DNA of 64,000 nt from Octopus vulgaris (GCA_951406725.2 OX597822.1:30008001-30072000); one strand, 5' to 3'; positions 14,300-26,750 are shown, counted from the stretch's first letter. Program-made: numbers and translations. Notes: generated by a model from the letters alone, not told the origin.

Positions 14300-15160
14300 T
14301 AACTATTACACTGTGTAACACAATTTTTGTCTTTCAGTAGCAACTGTTATTTCCTATTTGCTTCTCCCTAGAAAAATGGCTATTTCCTTCAAACTTCGCT
14401 TTTGCTACATTTAGTCAAACTCAAAACTCCCTCTCAACACATGGCTATGCTCACCCATTACTCTTGCTCATGATCAGAGATACACATATTGTCAGCCACT
14501 AATAGACATACTCAAGTGGTTGACCACGTAATCTTCCACATCTCATAGAAATACCATTACTGACACGATTTTTGACCCTGGGTGGCAATTGTTATTTAGT
14601 ATTTGTTTATCCCTAGAAAATGTGGGAAAATGGCTAATACTTCCTTCAAACTGCTTTTGTTACATTTTTTCAAACCCCAAGCAATCATGGCTATGATGTA
14701 CCTCGACTACCCCTGCTCATGATCATGACCAGAGATGCACATATTGTCAACCACATCACACATTGGATGTTTTTTGACGATGGTATTGGTTGATCAACAC
14801 TGAACTGGTTTAAACAACAAGAAATGAGACAATACAGCAGTAGGGTAGCAGCGCCATAGTGAGGAGACTTACGCGGTTGAATAACACTGTAATACGATTT
14901 TTGTCCTTAGTAACAACTGTTGTTTCTATTTGCTTACTCCTAAAAAGTATGAAACTAAAATATCCTTCAAAATTTGCTTTTGTTACATTCATTCAAACCC
15001 CACAAAATCTCTCCCAACACATGGTTATAATGCTCTCCCACTACTCTTGCTCATGATCAGAGGTGAGCTTACTGTCAACCACTAAACGATATGCTCTAGT
15101 GGTTATGGTCAAGCAACTGACAAGCAAATCTGTGGTATTGAGCAGAATATTTGCTTCAAT
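14300..15160. repeat. Three diverged tandem units sharing ~200 bp (antisense) with the (TAA)n retroposon
   Basis: GCAACTGTTATTT..CCCTAGAAAA..TCCTTCAAAC..CAACACATGGCTAT..TGATCAGAG-like sequence recurs at ~14340, ~14585 and ~14910. Confidence 0.55.
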
Positions 15161-16429
15161 GATACTTCTGCTTCAGCAACTCAGCGCTGAATCTCTCTGA
15201 AAGTTAATGGAAAATGTGTCAGTTTCAAAATATTGATGTCCATGTCAGAAAAGCAACGTTTGAAGGGAATAGTAGTGAAAAAAATTAAAATAAAATAAAA
15301 ATCTCCTTATACAGTGTTATTTACTATGAGAGAATCATTTTCTTATTAAGGGAAGAAAATGGCTTGCAACACTACTTTTTATTACATCAGTGTTTTTTGG
15401 TGTAGTATTTATATATATTTTTGTTGAGCGCAATTTATGAACAACAGCATCGTTGGTTACTGGTTGGAATTTGCAAATCATTGGTTTACGTCATTTCTGA
15501 CTGAGTGGGGTGACAAGAAAGTGCAACTGGTATTTCGATTTCACACTAAGACTTATGTTCTTCCCTCATACACATAGATGAAAGTTAATCTCTCTCACAC
15601 ACATAAATACACTCACATACACATACACATACACACACGCATACACACGTATACACACACATGCGCGTGTGCACGCGCGATGAACTTCCACATAAATCAC
15701 TTCTACCAAATTCTGCTCCGACGATATGTGTCAATCAGCGAGTATGATAGAAGGCGCTGGTTCAAAGTGTCACATATAAGACTTTGAACTTAGAACCACG
15801 TGGTTGAGAAACTAACTTATTAAACACACTGTTATGCTCCCACCAATTTGCCATTTCTCTTCATAGTAAATAAAAGGAAACTCGTTTATTTTGCTTACAC
15901 ATTACCGAGGATAAATTTGATTATTGTCGGCAAGTCGAAATTAGTTCGGTTCTTTTGTTTAGGAATGGGTTAAGGGCGTTAAAAATATAGAGTTTCTCCC
16001 TATGATCGATATCGCGAGTAATTTTGAAGATGTATATCACACATATATAACAAAATGATTCATTGCTGAAGATAGTTATCAGCGAGGCATAATTGTTCTT
16101 TAGAGAGTAAAAGTTTCTATATTTAGCCAATTGCATATCGACTGCTTTCACTTTGCGCTTGTTTACAGTTACTTTGAATTTTGGATTTTAATGACATTTG
16201 ATACGTCTTGCCACAGCTGTGACTCACCTTTATATTGATTGTTGTTAATAGAAAGTGAGTCGAATGTGTTGTTATTTTGGAAATATTTTCTGATTACAGA
16301 CAAACATTCTAAAACGTGTGAAACTTTTTGGGGAGGGGCATTTACAACTTTTCTAGACTATTGACGTTTTAGTATATTATCCCTATACATCTAATAAGCA
16401 GTCCTGCCAACTTTTCTATTTGAAAGAAA

Positions 16430-16620
16430 TGGCTGTAGCAGCACTTTGAAGGCATCCTACTAAACACTGCGTTCCATAGCAGTTTAGTTTTCACGTCAGG
16501 GACTAGTAAGCTCATAATGAAATAAAGTTTTGTGTTAAACCAGGCAAAAAGCCGCAGAAACTTATAAAATGCTCAAGACTACTAATGGATTAACTTGTAT
16601 GAATCAGTTCAGTCATTTGT
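16430..16620 (+). mobile_element. Degraded mariner transposase 5' fragment
   Basis: Reading across a frameshift gives IKFCVKPGK..AAETYKMLKT, resembling the mariner N-terminal HTH. Confidence 0.45.
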
Positions 16621-17074
16621 AAAAATTAATATTATTAATATTTTTCAAAATACATTTCTTTATCGTACAGCTTATAATAATATACTAACTGCTGTTCTGT
16701 ATCTCTCCGTATGATAATAAACAAATGAGACATTCATTATCGATTTTATCGTACATTTTTTGATATTGTGACAATCACATTATTTCAATTAGTTGGCATT
16801 TGGGTGTCAAGTTTATTAGAGGCTGCCACACCATTAGGAGAAATACGGTACATATATAAGATATTACAAGCGTGGCCTTAAAAAGTACGAAGCTAGAATT
16901 GAAAACTCCGCACGCTCAAAAGGGTTAGAGAATGTCGTAATAAACCTTAAAAATTATGGGACTAGCATTGTTGCTCAGAATTAATGGAATCACTATATAT
17001 TGTACATTCTGTAGCACCCTTTTATCACAAGAAATTTGTTTGGTTCATCGAAATTAAGTTATTTTAAAAATTAA

Positions 17075-17430
17075 TTTCGGGGTCGATAAATTAAGTACTA
17101 GTTGTGTACTGGGATCGATCTAATCGTCTGGCCCCCTCCACTAAAATTTCGAGCCTTGTGTCTTGAGTAGAAGAAAATCGATAATCCAGAAAAATCGAAG
17201 GCGGCGAACTGGTAGAAACGTTAGCACGCCGGACGAAATGCGTAGCCGTAGTTCGTCTGCCGTTAAGTTCTGAGTTCAAATTCCGCCGAGGTCGACTTTG
17301 CCTTTTATCCTTTCGGGGTCGATAAATTAAGTATCAGTTACGCACTGGGGTCGATATAATCGACTTAATCCGTTTGTTTGTCTTTGTCCTCTCTGTGTTT
17401 AGCCCCTTGTGGGTAGTAAAGAAATAGATA
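17075..17430 (+). mobile_element. Meta-domain-like SINE (full copy 17199..17428) preceded by a 3' fragment
   Basis: Head, core and tail ..GGGTAGTAAAGAAAT are present; GATAATCCAGAAAAATC is duplicated at ~17181 and ~17428 (TSD-like). Confidence 0.85.
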
Positions 17431-18332
17431 ATCCAGAAAAATCACTAACTCGGCACTCTCCAGGTCCCAACGATGCCGGATAATCCGCAGTTAACTGTGT
17501 TAGACTACGGCCATACTAGAGCACCATTTTCGAGAATTAATTCGATGATATCTACTCTGGCACTTATTTTATCTTCTGTCTGTTTGTCGTAAGCAACGTA
17601 AGAGGACATAAAAGCAATGTTAAATTTAACAAGTGTAACGATAAACACTGACACGAACAGAGACGAACATAAAGACAAAAATCAATCAAACTCCATTGCT
17701 TTTGGTAAGTATCCAATTGTACGATCAGTTTAACTAACTGCTAATTGAATTGGCATGTCTGTGTCTGAGTATTCCACAGACATGTGCACGGTTAAAAAAA
17801 TTCTGGGGCAGAATCAGTGGAGTGTAAAGTATAACATGGTTGTAAATTTTGAATCACAGGTACAATCCAATTCATCCGAAAGGGATTCCACACAGTTTCC
17901 ATCTACTGAACTTAACCTACAAAGCTTGATGCAACCTTAAGTTATGATAAAAGACACTGTTCCCAGATGGCACGCAGTGAGATCGAACCCGGGTCCTGGT
18001 ATTTGCGAAAGAAATTTAATCATTCAGCCATGCTCCGTCTATACAAAAAAAGCGCATATATGCACGCACACTCGTGTGAGTGTGTATGTATGTGCGAAAT
18101 GTATATGTATATATCTCTTTTACTTTTGACATGTTTCAGTGATTACGCGGCACCAACGATAGGGCATCGGCTTAAAGAATTTTTAGTCGAATGAATCGAT
18201 CCCAGTACTTATAACTTTTGAAAGTCAAGGACTTATATATCGGACTTGTTGTTGAACCGTTAAGTCAGGGCGACATAAACACGCTAACACCGGTTGTCCA
18301 GCGGTAGTGGCGGTTAAGCACATACAGAAAGC

Positions 18333-18395
<63 letters not shown>

Positions 18396-18644
18396 GCGAC
18401 GAGATTCTTTGAGTTTCCATCTACCAAATCCACTTACAAGGCTTTTGTCAGCCAGAGGCTAAAGGAGAAGACGCTTGATCAAGGTGCCACGCCGTGAGAT
18501 TGAAACCGGAATCATCTGGTCGGTAAGCAAACTCATCGCTACACAGCCAAGCTTGCTCCTAAATATACAAGGTATCCCAAAAGTAATTTTGCAGTTATTC
18601 AACTATCTCTTTCGCATTGATATATTAAGTTTAAATCTTAATTG

Positions 18645-18985
18645 TGAGAGCGCATGGCTCAGTGGTTAGAGCGTCGAGTTTACGATCGTGAGGTTGTGAG
18701 CTCGAATCCCGGACCGTGTTGCGAGTTGTGTTCTTGAGCAAGACACTTTATTTCACCTTGCTCCAGTTCACTCAGCTGTAGAAATGAGTTGCGACGTCAC
18801 AGGTGCCAAGCTGTATCGGTCCCTTTGCCTTTCCCTTGGATAACACTGGTGGCGTGGAGAGGGGAGGCTTGTATGCATGGGCGACTGCTGGTCTTCCATA
18901 AACAACCTTGCCCGGATTTGTGCAAGGGAGGGTAACTTTCTTCGTGCAATCCCATGGTCAGTGTCGTGACCGAAGGGGGTCTCAG
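18645..18985 (+). mobile_element. tRNA-derived CORE-type SINE (OR-like family)
   Basis: GCGCATGGCTCAGTGGTTAGAGCG..CTCGAATCCC..CTTGAGCAAGACACTT; ATCTTAATT direct repeats flank it. Sister copies are at 36004..36349 and 60533..60867. Confidence 0.85.
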
Positions 18986-19131
18986 ATCTTAATTATAAAA
19001 AATATGAAACTATTATTCTAGGCTAATTTAGTTAATTTTGTCAAGCTACCCTTTCAATTTGTAAGATAGAAATTTAAATGTTATACAACGTTTTAAAAGA
19101 AATTTAAAGTGTCTACGTGATAACTGTAAAC

Positions 19132-19190
19132 CTATTTACTATTACTAACTCTAATGTTGGTATGGAGTTTGCTAATATCTGTGCCAGTTC

Positions 19191-19247
<57 letters not shown>

Positions 19248-21682
19248 TGCGCGTTATGTTGGAATTTGACGGAGCAGAGTCTCTGCTCATGGGTGAGAGG
19301 GCCTTATTTAGCAGCTTATTGTTATGGGAGGAAATTATCTGTGAAAGATTTTTAGTATTGGAGAAGGCTATCCTAACTTTGTGCGAATTTATAGTGGAGT
19401 AATATCTCGAATTTCTGGAAAAATTTCTGGCAATTGCTTGGCGAAACTGCAACGGTAGGTTAGATCTTATTTGTTTACCAAAGGGAATTACAAACCAAAT
19501 ATAGTTTTTCCTGTTCTTGTACTGGCTCGGAGAGTCAACTCTAACATTAAGGTGGGTATCTCTGGGTTGAATAATAGGCTTTGGCCTACGATGGCCTCCC
19601 CTAGACCGCAAATTATTTATGTTATCTATATTTATGCTAGTTGTACTTGTATCGACATTCCTAAGGCTACCATCACTACTTATATTATTTATGTTATTGT
19701 AACTTGACTTATCCTGATGATAGAATACTCGTTTCGGAAGGGCCGGGTCTATATATGCTACCTTCTCCCTATAACCGGCTTTTGACAGGGCGGCATTATA
19801 AAATTCCGCTTTCTGCCTAAAAATGTCGACGTTGGCAGTTTCGCCAAGCAATTGCCAGAAATTTTCCCAGAAATTCGAGATATTACTCCACTGTAAATTC
19901 GCACAAAGTTAGGATAGCCTTCTCCAATACTAAAAATCTTTCACAGATAATTTCCTACCATAACAATAAGCTGCTAAATAAGGCCCTCTCACCCATGAGC
20001 GGAGACTCTGCTCCGTCAAATTCCAACATAACGCGCAGTAATAATAATAATAATAATAGAACTGGCACAGATATTAGCAAACTCGATACCAACATTAGAG
20101 TTAGTAATAGTAATAAGGATAAGAGCACTGATCTCGTCATTAACGTAGGGGGAGTAAGTAATAGTAATAAGGATAAGAGCACTGATCTCGTCATTAACGT
20201 AGGGAGTCCCAACAATAATATTAGCAGCGGTTTTAACAACAGTAGTATTACGGACATTATCAATCACAGCATTCACAGTAACAGGGAATATGCAGGTGAT
20301 ATTGTCTTAAATAGTAATGATAACGGGGTGAATAATATCGAATCCAGCGGTAGTTTTTACAATCACCATAGTAATAAGAACGCTGTATTAATATCGGAAA
20401 TCAATCCCAATAGATTAAGGTTCTTATCTAGTAACTTCAAGATTAGAAACGCCATTTACCAGTGCAGAGTTTATACTGAATCATCGAAATTGGCCATTAG
20501 AATATCGAACCATTTTTCCACGTTCGGTGATAAGGAAAAGCAACACGCTACGGGACTAAGCAAATTAGTCTGGCGTTTGAAGAACGCGAATTCAACTTTT
20601 AGACTGGAATGGTCAATTTTATCGGTGTCTTTACCGTTTGATAAGGGCAAAAAAATCTGTGCTCTTTGTAACTCGGAACTTTTTCATATTCTGTTCGCCC
20701 GAGGGCGCCTTGTTAACTCGATTGTGCAAAATTCTTTCAGATGCCCCCACTAGAAACGGCATACATTTCTCTCATACCAATGAAGTCTAATATAGATAAC
20801 CCCTTGATTTCCTAAAAAAGTTGAAAAAAATTTGAATATAATTTGAATAAAATTTGTAAGGGGATATCCCTTCCCTGTTAGTATAAAAACTGCTAGTTGT
20901 CTAGAACTGCTGACATCCCTGACAGCAGCACTGTATCCTGCCATGACCATTGTGGACACCCCCTCTCTCTATCAAGTGGTCACATACGAACACACAGACA
21001 CAGTTTTTTCTGTTGCTTGACCATTAATACCTGCTATATCTCTTTCTCTCTCTTTCTGCCTTCGAAACACACTGTCACACATACATAGACGCACACACAC
21101 ATACATGAAAGCAATTTCTCACACTCAAACACTCTAGCACTCATTCTTAAAATAATTCAAATATAAACACCAGTCATACAGAATACATTCACACTCTTTG
21201 ATTTTCCTGTACCCCCCTTCTGCTAACCGGATTCTGACCTTGAACTATCTCAACGGACATTCTCTTCTGCTTTCACCCAGTCTGGCGTCAACGCATATAG
21301 ATAGACAGTTTGTGCCATTTATTTCATGGGCTCCTCGTGAGCGTTTGTCGAAAAGCTTGCTGTGCATTTTGTTGGAGAATTAAGTTCCTGGATTTTCCTG
21401 AAGAGAAGGCTGCAAAATGGAATCTTTATTCAATCCGAATTAGGGACTTTGCAGCCTTTGAAACATATGTAGAAAATAATAAACAGGAATTTTGTTAAAT
21501 CTTCGTTCAGCTCCATTTCTTCCTACACTTAATATATAAAACTTCAAATTTCCGCACTAAGGCACGGATTTTAGGCCCCATGGTCGTAACCTCAACCGTG
21601 CTTTTTCTGTTGTGATTTTTGCTACCCAGGTATCGGTTATCATTTGAATTATCCGTAATAAGATAATTCATTTATCTACTTC

Positions 21683-21690
<8 letters not shown>
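19132..21690 (+). mobile_element. Penelope-like element, 5'-truncated with an inverted 5' segment: RT-thumb/linker, GIY-YIG-like endonuclease and pLTR with hammerhead (3' boundary approximate)
   Basis: Minus ORF 19132..19851 has ANVDIF..YNAALSKAGY..RKNYIWFVIPF..INSHKVRIAFSNTKNLSQIISSHNNKLL. Plus ORF 19995..20753 has AIYQCRV..RISNHFSTF..TGLSKLVWRLK..EWSIL..CALCNSE..RCPH. 19132..19450 is duplicated in inverted orientation at ~19830..20115. Confidence 0.85.
21392..21477 (+). ncRNA. Type I hammerhead ribozyme (GUA triplet) in the Penelope pLTR
   Basis: attttc-CTGAAGA-gaaggctgcaaa..tttgcagccttt (12-bp stem II)-GAAA-catatg-TA-gaaaat (6-bp stem I). The core is fully canonical. Confidence 0.85.
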
Positions 21691-21747
<57 letters not shown>

Positions 21748-23160
21748 GTTTGTGTGTCTGCGTTTGTCCCCCCAACATCGCTTGACAACAGATGCTGGTG
21801 TGTTTACGTCCCCGTAACTTAGCGGTTCGGCAAAAGAGACCGATAGAATAAGTACTAGGCTTACAAAGAATAAGTCCTGGGGTCAACTTGCGCGACTAAA
21901 GGCGGTGCTCCAGCATGGCCGCAGTCAAATGACTGAAACAAGTAAAAGAGTAGGATCGAACCGAGAAATACATCTATGTGTTATTGTACAAAACTAGTTA
22001 GTATGACTGCAATCCGTAATTAGTTGAATAGTTAAGTCATATCGAAGCTATTGTTGTTGTTGTTGCTGTTGCTGTTGTTTAAAATTAGGTTACCTTGAAC
22101 TAATGGCGTCTAGCTATAAGAGTAAATCAGCCATTGCTTACCCGTCGTGTTTTTATATATTACAGATTACGCTGCGTAACGTGTCCTCCCTCTCTTGTTG
22201 AAGTCGACTGTTGCTGATAGTGGTGGTCGTGATGCTGCTGTTGTTGTTGTTCTTATTGTTGATGATGATGATAATGACGATGATGATATGTTGTTTAGTT
22301 GCAGGTCAGTCCTGATCAAACGTACCCTTGTTTAAAGGCGTTCTAACCGTGGCCAGCTCAGGTAGTGTCTTTTTTTATACGCAGAGACCCCAAGATCATG
22401 TCATCCAGTGTGACCTTTCTTAAAACGAAGGAGTCTTACTTCAAAGTGATTTGGTTGCTATTTCTAGCAGATTGTGCAGGCAAGAAGCACTTCCATTGGT
22501 TCAATTTGGTGTTAAGATGTGGTACTTGTACAGAGTTCATTATTACCCTTAATGAAAAGCGGCGAGTTGGCAGAATCGTTAGCACGTTGGAGAGACTGCT
22601 TAGCGACATTTCGTCCGTCTTTATGATTCGAGTCCAAATTCTACCGAGGTCAACTTTGCCTTTCATCCTTCCGGAGTGGATAAACAAAGAAAGGACTAGT
22701 TGATCACTTGAGTCGATGTAGTCGATTAGCTCCATCCCCTAAAATTGCTGGCCTTGTGCCAAAATTTGAAACCAGTATTACCCCACGTACAACTGTTTAC
22801 ATTTTCAGATCAAATTTATTTACAACTATCTGGAGTCAATAAAATAAAATATCAGTCAAATATTTGAGTCAATCTAATCCTCTGTACACTTTCCCTCAAA
22901 TTTCTGTTTTTTTTCTTTTTTGCCAACATTTGAAACAGCTGTTACGCTGAAATATTCACCATCCAAGTAACAATTGCACTGATGTAGCCACAGTAAATGA
23001 TAGTATTTGGTTATTCGAAGGATTAACGTGTTACACTAATTCACATATAAAACACATGAATGCTATTATTTTCCATTTCTCTATACCAGTAGTTGTCAAC
23101 CATTTTTTTTCAATGGACCTCTCCTAACCATTCAATGTCTAAAAAAATTCTATTATATAA

Positions 23161-23300
23161 AGGCGCAGGAGTGGCTGTGTGGTAAGTAGCTTGTGTACCA
23201 ATCACATGGTTCTGAGTTCAGTCCCACTTCTACTATAGCCTCGGGCCGAACGAACTCTTGTGAGTGGATTTGGTAGACGGAAACTGAAAGAAGCTCGTCG

Positions 23301-23352
<52 letters not shown>

Positions 23353-23590
23353 GATAGATAGATGTATTATGTATGAGTGTGCGTGCGTGTATGTGTGTTT
23401 TTGTGTTTATCTCTCCACCATCGCTTGACAACCGATGCTTGTGTGTTTACATCACCGTAACTTAGCGATTCGGCAAAAAGGACCGATTGAATAAGTACTA
23501 GGCTTACAAAAAAATAAGTCCTGAGTTGTTCGTCTAAAGGCAGTGCTCCAGCATGGCCGCAGTCAAATGACTGAAACAAATAAAAGAATA
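23161..23590 (+). mobile_element. tRNA-derived CORE-type SINE (OK-like family) with an internal (TA)n/(TG)n tract
   Basis: Head GGCGCAGGAGTGGCTGTGTGGTAAG..GAGTTCAGTCCC, tail CAGCATGGCCGCAGTCAAATGACTGAAACAA. Other copies or fragments are at ~18120-18560(-), 21745-21952(+), 25735-26060(-), 40618-41180(+), 45800-46432(-), 49935-50345(-), 50945-51290(+) and 55880-56075(-). Confidence 0.85.
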
Positions 23591-23856
23591 ATTATATAAA
23601 TATATCGTGACGTATATTTGCCATTTCAATATGGCTACCCCTAAGGGTGGATGCTACTGCAGCATCCACCCTTAGGGGTAGCCATATTGAAATGGCAAAT
23701 ATACGTCACGATATATTTATATAATTATTCTTTTATTTGTTTCAGTCATTTGACTGGCCATGCAGCCCTTAGGGGTAGCCATATTGAAATGGCAAATATA
23801 CTGTAGCATCCACCCTTAGGGGTAGCCATATTGAAATGGCAAATATACGTCACGAT
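23560..23856. repeat. Perfect ~96-bp-arm palindrome plus two further partial direct copies
   Basis: 23560..23655 is the reverse complement of 23661..23756 (5-nt spacer). CCCTTAGGGGTAGCCATATTGAAATGGCAAATATAC recurs at ~23766 and ~23813. Confidence 0.9.
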
Positions 23857-24005
23857 GTGTTAAAGCTACTGTATATAACTCACTTTGATATTTATCATTG
23901 TTATATAAATATAATCTTGTTCTATATTTAAGAGATGAGGAATTATGTACATTACTTACATTATTTACATTCGACGGATATTTGTCCTTATCTTGTTTGT
24001 TGTTA

Positions 24006-24049
24006 AAACAACGTTTCGGCTGATATACCCTCCAGCCTTCTTCAGGTGT
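24006..24049 (-). ncRNA. Minimal type I hammerhead motif
   Basis: acac-CTGAAGA-a-ggctg gagggtatat cagcc-GAAA-cg-TT-gttt. The inverted tail copy at 25616 retains gtgt, which would complete stem I. Confidence 0.6.
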
Positions 24050-24097
24050 GTTGGGGAAATTTCGAACCTGGGTTCTCATTCCTAAGGTATTTTTCGA

Positions 24098-24148
<51 letters not shown>

Positions 24149-24149
<1 letters not shown>

Positions 24150-24378
24150 GAGTGAGAGAGCAGTGCATGCCATCAAAGTGACACTGGGGTAAAATATACG
24201 ATGCCCAGTATACTCATCATGATTACTCGTCTGATAAGTGTACACTAGGCACATGCATCACAACCATATGTGCGCGACATGGTGATCTCATATCAAGATA
24301 AACAGCGCATAACCTTACAGGTGGGGCCCAGTTAGAATTTTCTTCTGGCTGAGTAGCCCATACCGCTCTAAAGGTCCT
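24149..24378 (-). mobile_element. (TAA)n-associated non-coding retroposon, short 5'-truncated copy
   Basis: Reverse complement of the 3' 230 bp of 1001..1503. Confidence 0.8.
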
Positions 24379-24472
<94 letters not shown>

Positions 24473-24477
24473 GTAAT

Positions 24478-24516
<39 letters not shown>

Positions 24517-24533
24517 TATTATTATTATTATTA

Positions 24534-24568
<35 letters not shown>

Positions 24569-24571
<3 letters not shown>

Positions 24572-25445
24572 TATTATTTTTATTGCGTACTTTCACTTCA
24601 CTACCGAGCGCAGCTCTGTGTGCCTTGGGTATGTGCTGTGATTTGTTGTGATGCTCTGATGGTTATTGTATGGAAAGTGTTCTGCGTAGGATGTGTGCAG
24701 TGCCTAGTAGTGCAATTGTCTGGTGTTTTTGTTATGTATTTGTCTGAATATTTTTTTATCATACCTAATGCGCCTACTATGATAGGAATTGTTTCTGTTT
24801 TTAGATTCTATATTCGAGTTACCTCTATTTCCACGTCCTTGTATTTTGAAAGTTTCTCCATTTCTTTTAGAGACACGTTGTCATGTGCTGGTATTGATAC
24901 ATCAATTAGAAAGTATTTTTTTCCTTCATGATCTCTGACAACTATATCTGTACTATTGGCCTTAATATCTCTATCTGTGTGTATTGGCATATCCCAGAGT
25001 ATGGTTGCTTTCGCGTTTTCTGTGACCTTCTCTGGTGTGTGCCTATACCATCTTTTTTCTGTTGTTATTCCATAGTGTTGGCATAGCTTCCAGTGTATGT
25101 AGGTCCCAACTCTGTCGTGTCTGTGGTTATATTCCTTCTTAGCTAGGACTGGGGAGCCAGAGATAACATGATTTATTGGTTCTCGTCCATCTTCACATAT
25201 TCTGCAGTTACTTGTTATGTTTCTTTTCATTATATGTCTTTGGTAATTTCTGGTGGTGAGGCTTTGGTCTTGTGCGGCAATCAAAAAGCCCTCCGTCTCT
25301 GCTTTGACTCCTGAGCTTCTCAACCATTGCTGGTATTTTTCTTTGTCTATTTCTTTTGGATTTTGTTTAGTCCAGTATTTGGCATGAAGGGGCTTTTCTT
25401 GCCATCGTTTTATCATGATCCGTTGCTGTTCTAGTTTTAGTTGTT
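24569..25445 (-). mobile_element. R4/Dong-type LINE, 5'-truncated copy
   Basis: ORF 24808..25416 is nearly identical to ORF 3..782, with a premature stop at TRI*. It has the same 3' UTR and (TAA)n on both sides. Confidence 0.9.
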
Positions 25446-25469
25446 TATTATTATTATTATTATTATTAT

Positions 25470-25510
<41 letters not shown>

Positions 25511-25920
25511 CAGGTCACTGCTTAGAATCGAACTCGGAATCTGGGGCTTAGTAGCTCGCGCTCTTTAACCATTACGCTACGTGCCCGTGGGCATATGGCG
25601 TCGTGGTTAAAGAGCCGAAACATTGTGTTAACAACAAACAAGATGAGGACAAGTATCCGTCGAATGTAAATAATTTAAATAATGTATTTTATTCCTCATC
25701 TCTTAAATATAGAACAAGATTATATTTATATAGTTATTCTTTTATTTTTTTATTTGTTTTAGTCATTTGACTGCAGCCTTTAGTCGAACAAATCAATAGA
25801 ACTTAGTCTATCGGTCTATCTTGCAAGCCAGAAAGTTACAGGGACGTAAACAAACCAACATCGATTATCAAGCGATGGTGGTGGTGGTGGGGAAACACAC
25901 ACAGACAAACACATACTTTC

Positions 25921-25964
<44 letters not shown>

Positions 25965-26088
25965 ATTTCAGTATATATAAGTATTTATGTATATCTATAT
26001 ATTCTTTGTAAGCCTAGTACTTACTCAATCGGTCCTTTTTGCCGAACCGCTAAGTTCATATATATATACACATACATACATACATACA

Positions 26089-26150
<62 letters not shown>

Positions 26151-26207
26151 TCCTCTATTTACATAATATTGAGGTCTCTTTCTTTCTTTTGTTATCTTAC
26201 CGTTTTA

Positions 26208-26259
<52 letters not shown>

Positions 26260-26544
26260 TCTTAATTTAGCTTCACTACGTTTGCGAACCACAGGGTTGA
26301 GAGCCTCTGTTCTATAGCATGCATTCCAGTTCAGATTGTTTTATATTTTATTTAATCAGGCACAGTTCAAGGGAGATAATACTTCTGGTAAGTTATATGA
26401 TTCAGATATTCAGACCCAACATAACAGGAAAGCGTGTGAATAAATAGATGATACTAATGTATGTCCGCATGAAAAAAAATAAAATTGGCAGTTATGGTAG
26501 AAATGTTCCATTACAGAGCATATAAAGTCATATACATAAATATA

Positions 26545-26750
26545 TATTTCTTTACTACCCACAAGGGGCTAAACGCAGAAGGGACAAACAAGGATAGACA
26601 AACGGATTAAGTCGATTATATCGACCCCAGTACGTAACTGGTACTTAATTTATCGACCCCGAAAGGATGAAAGGCAAAGTCGACCACGGCGGAATTTGAA
26701 CCCAAACGTAACGGCAGACGAAATACGGCTACGCATTTCGCCCGGCGTGC
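26545..26750 (-). mobile_element. Meta-domain-like SINE
   Basis: Same core and tail as 4243..4898. Confidence 0.8.

Larger units (their letters stand above)
23902..25732 (-). mobile_element. tRNA-headed, hammerhead-bearing non-autonomous element interrupted by two insertions, with an inverted 5' fold-back
   Basis: On the minus strand the head is at 25586..25511 (TAGCGTAATGG A box, GAGTTCGATTC B box), followed by (CAA)n(TAA)n and a tail at 24099..23902 with a hammerhead. Plus-strand 25589..25732 is an inverted head start fused to an inverted tail. Confidence 0.65.

Noticed and set aside
17640-17710. Possible upstream exon ending TTG|GTAAGT
   Set aside because: It is an isolated donor-like site with no supported acceptor or reading frame linking it to the gene.
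18645-18720. tRNA gene candidates (also at 25511-25586, 43217, 48962, 60533)
   Set aside because: A/B boxes are present, but the acceptor stems are incomplete and each continues into a repeat body; they are SINE heads.
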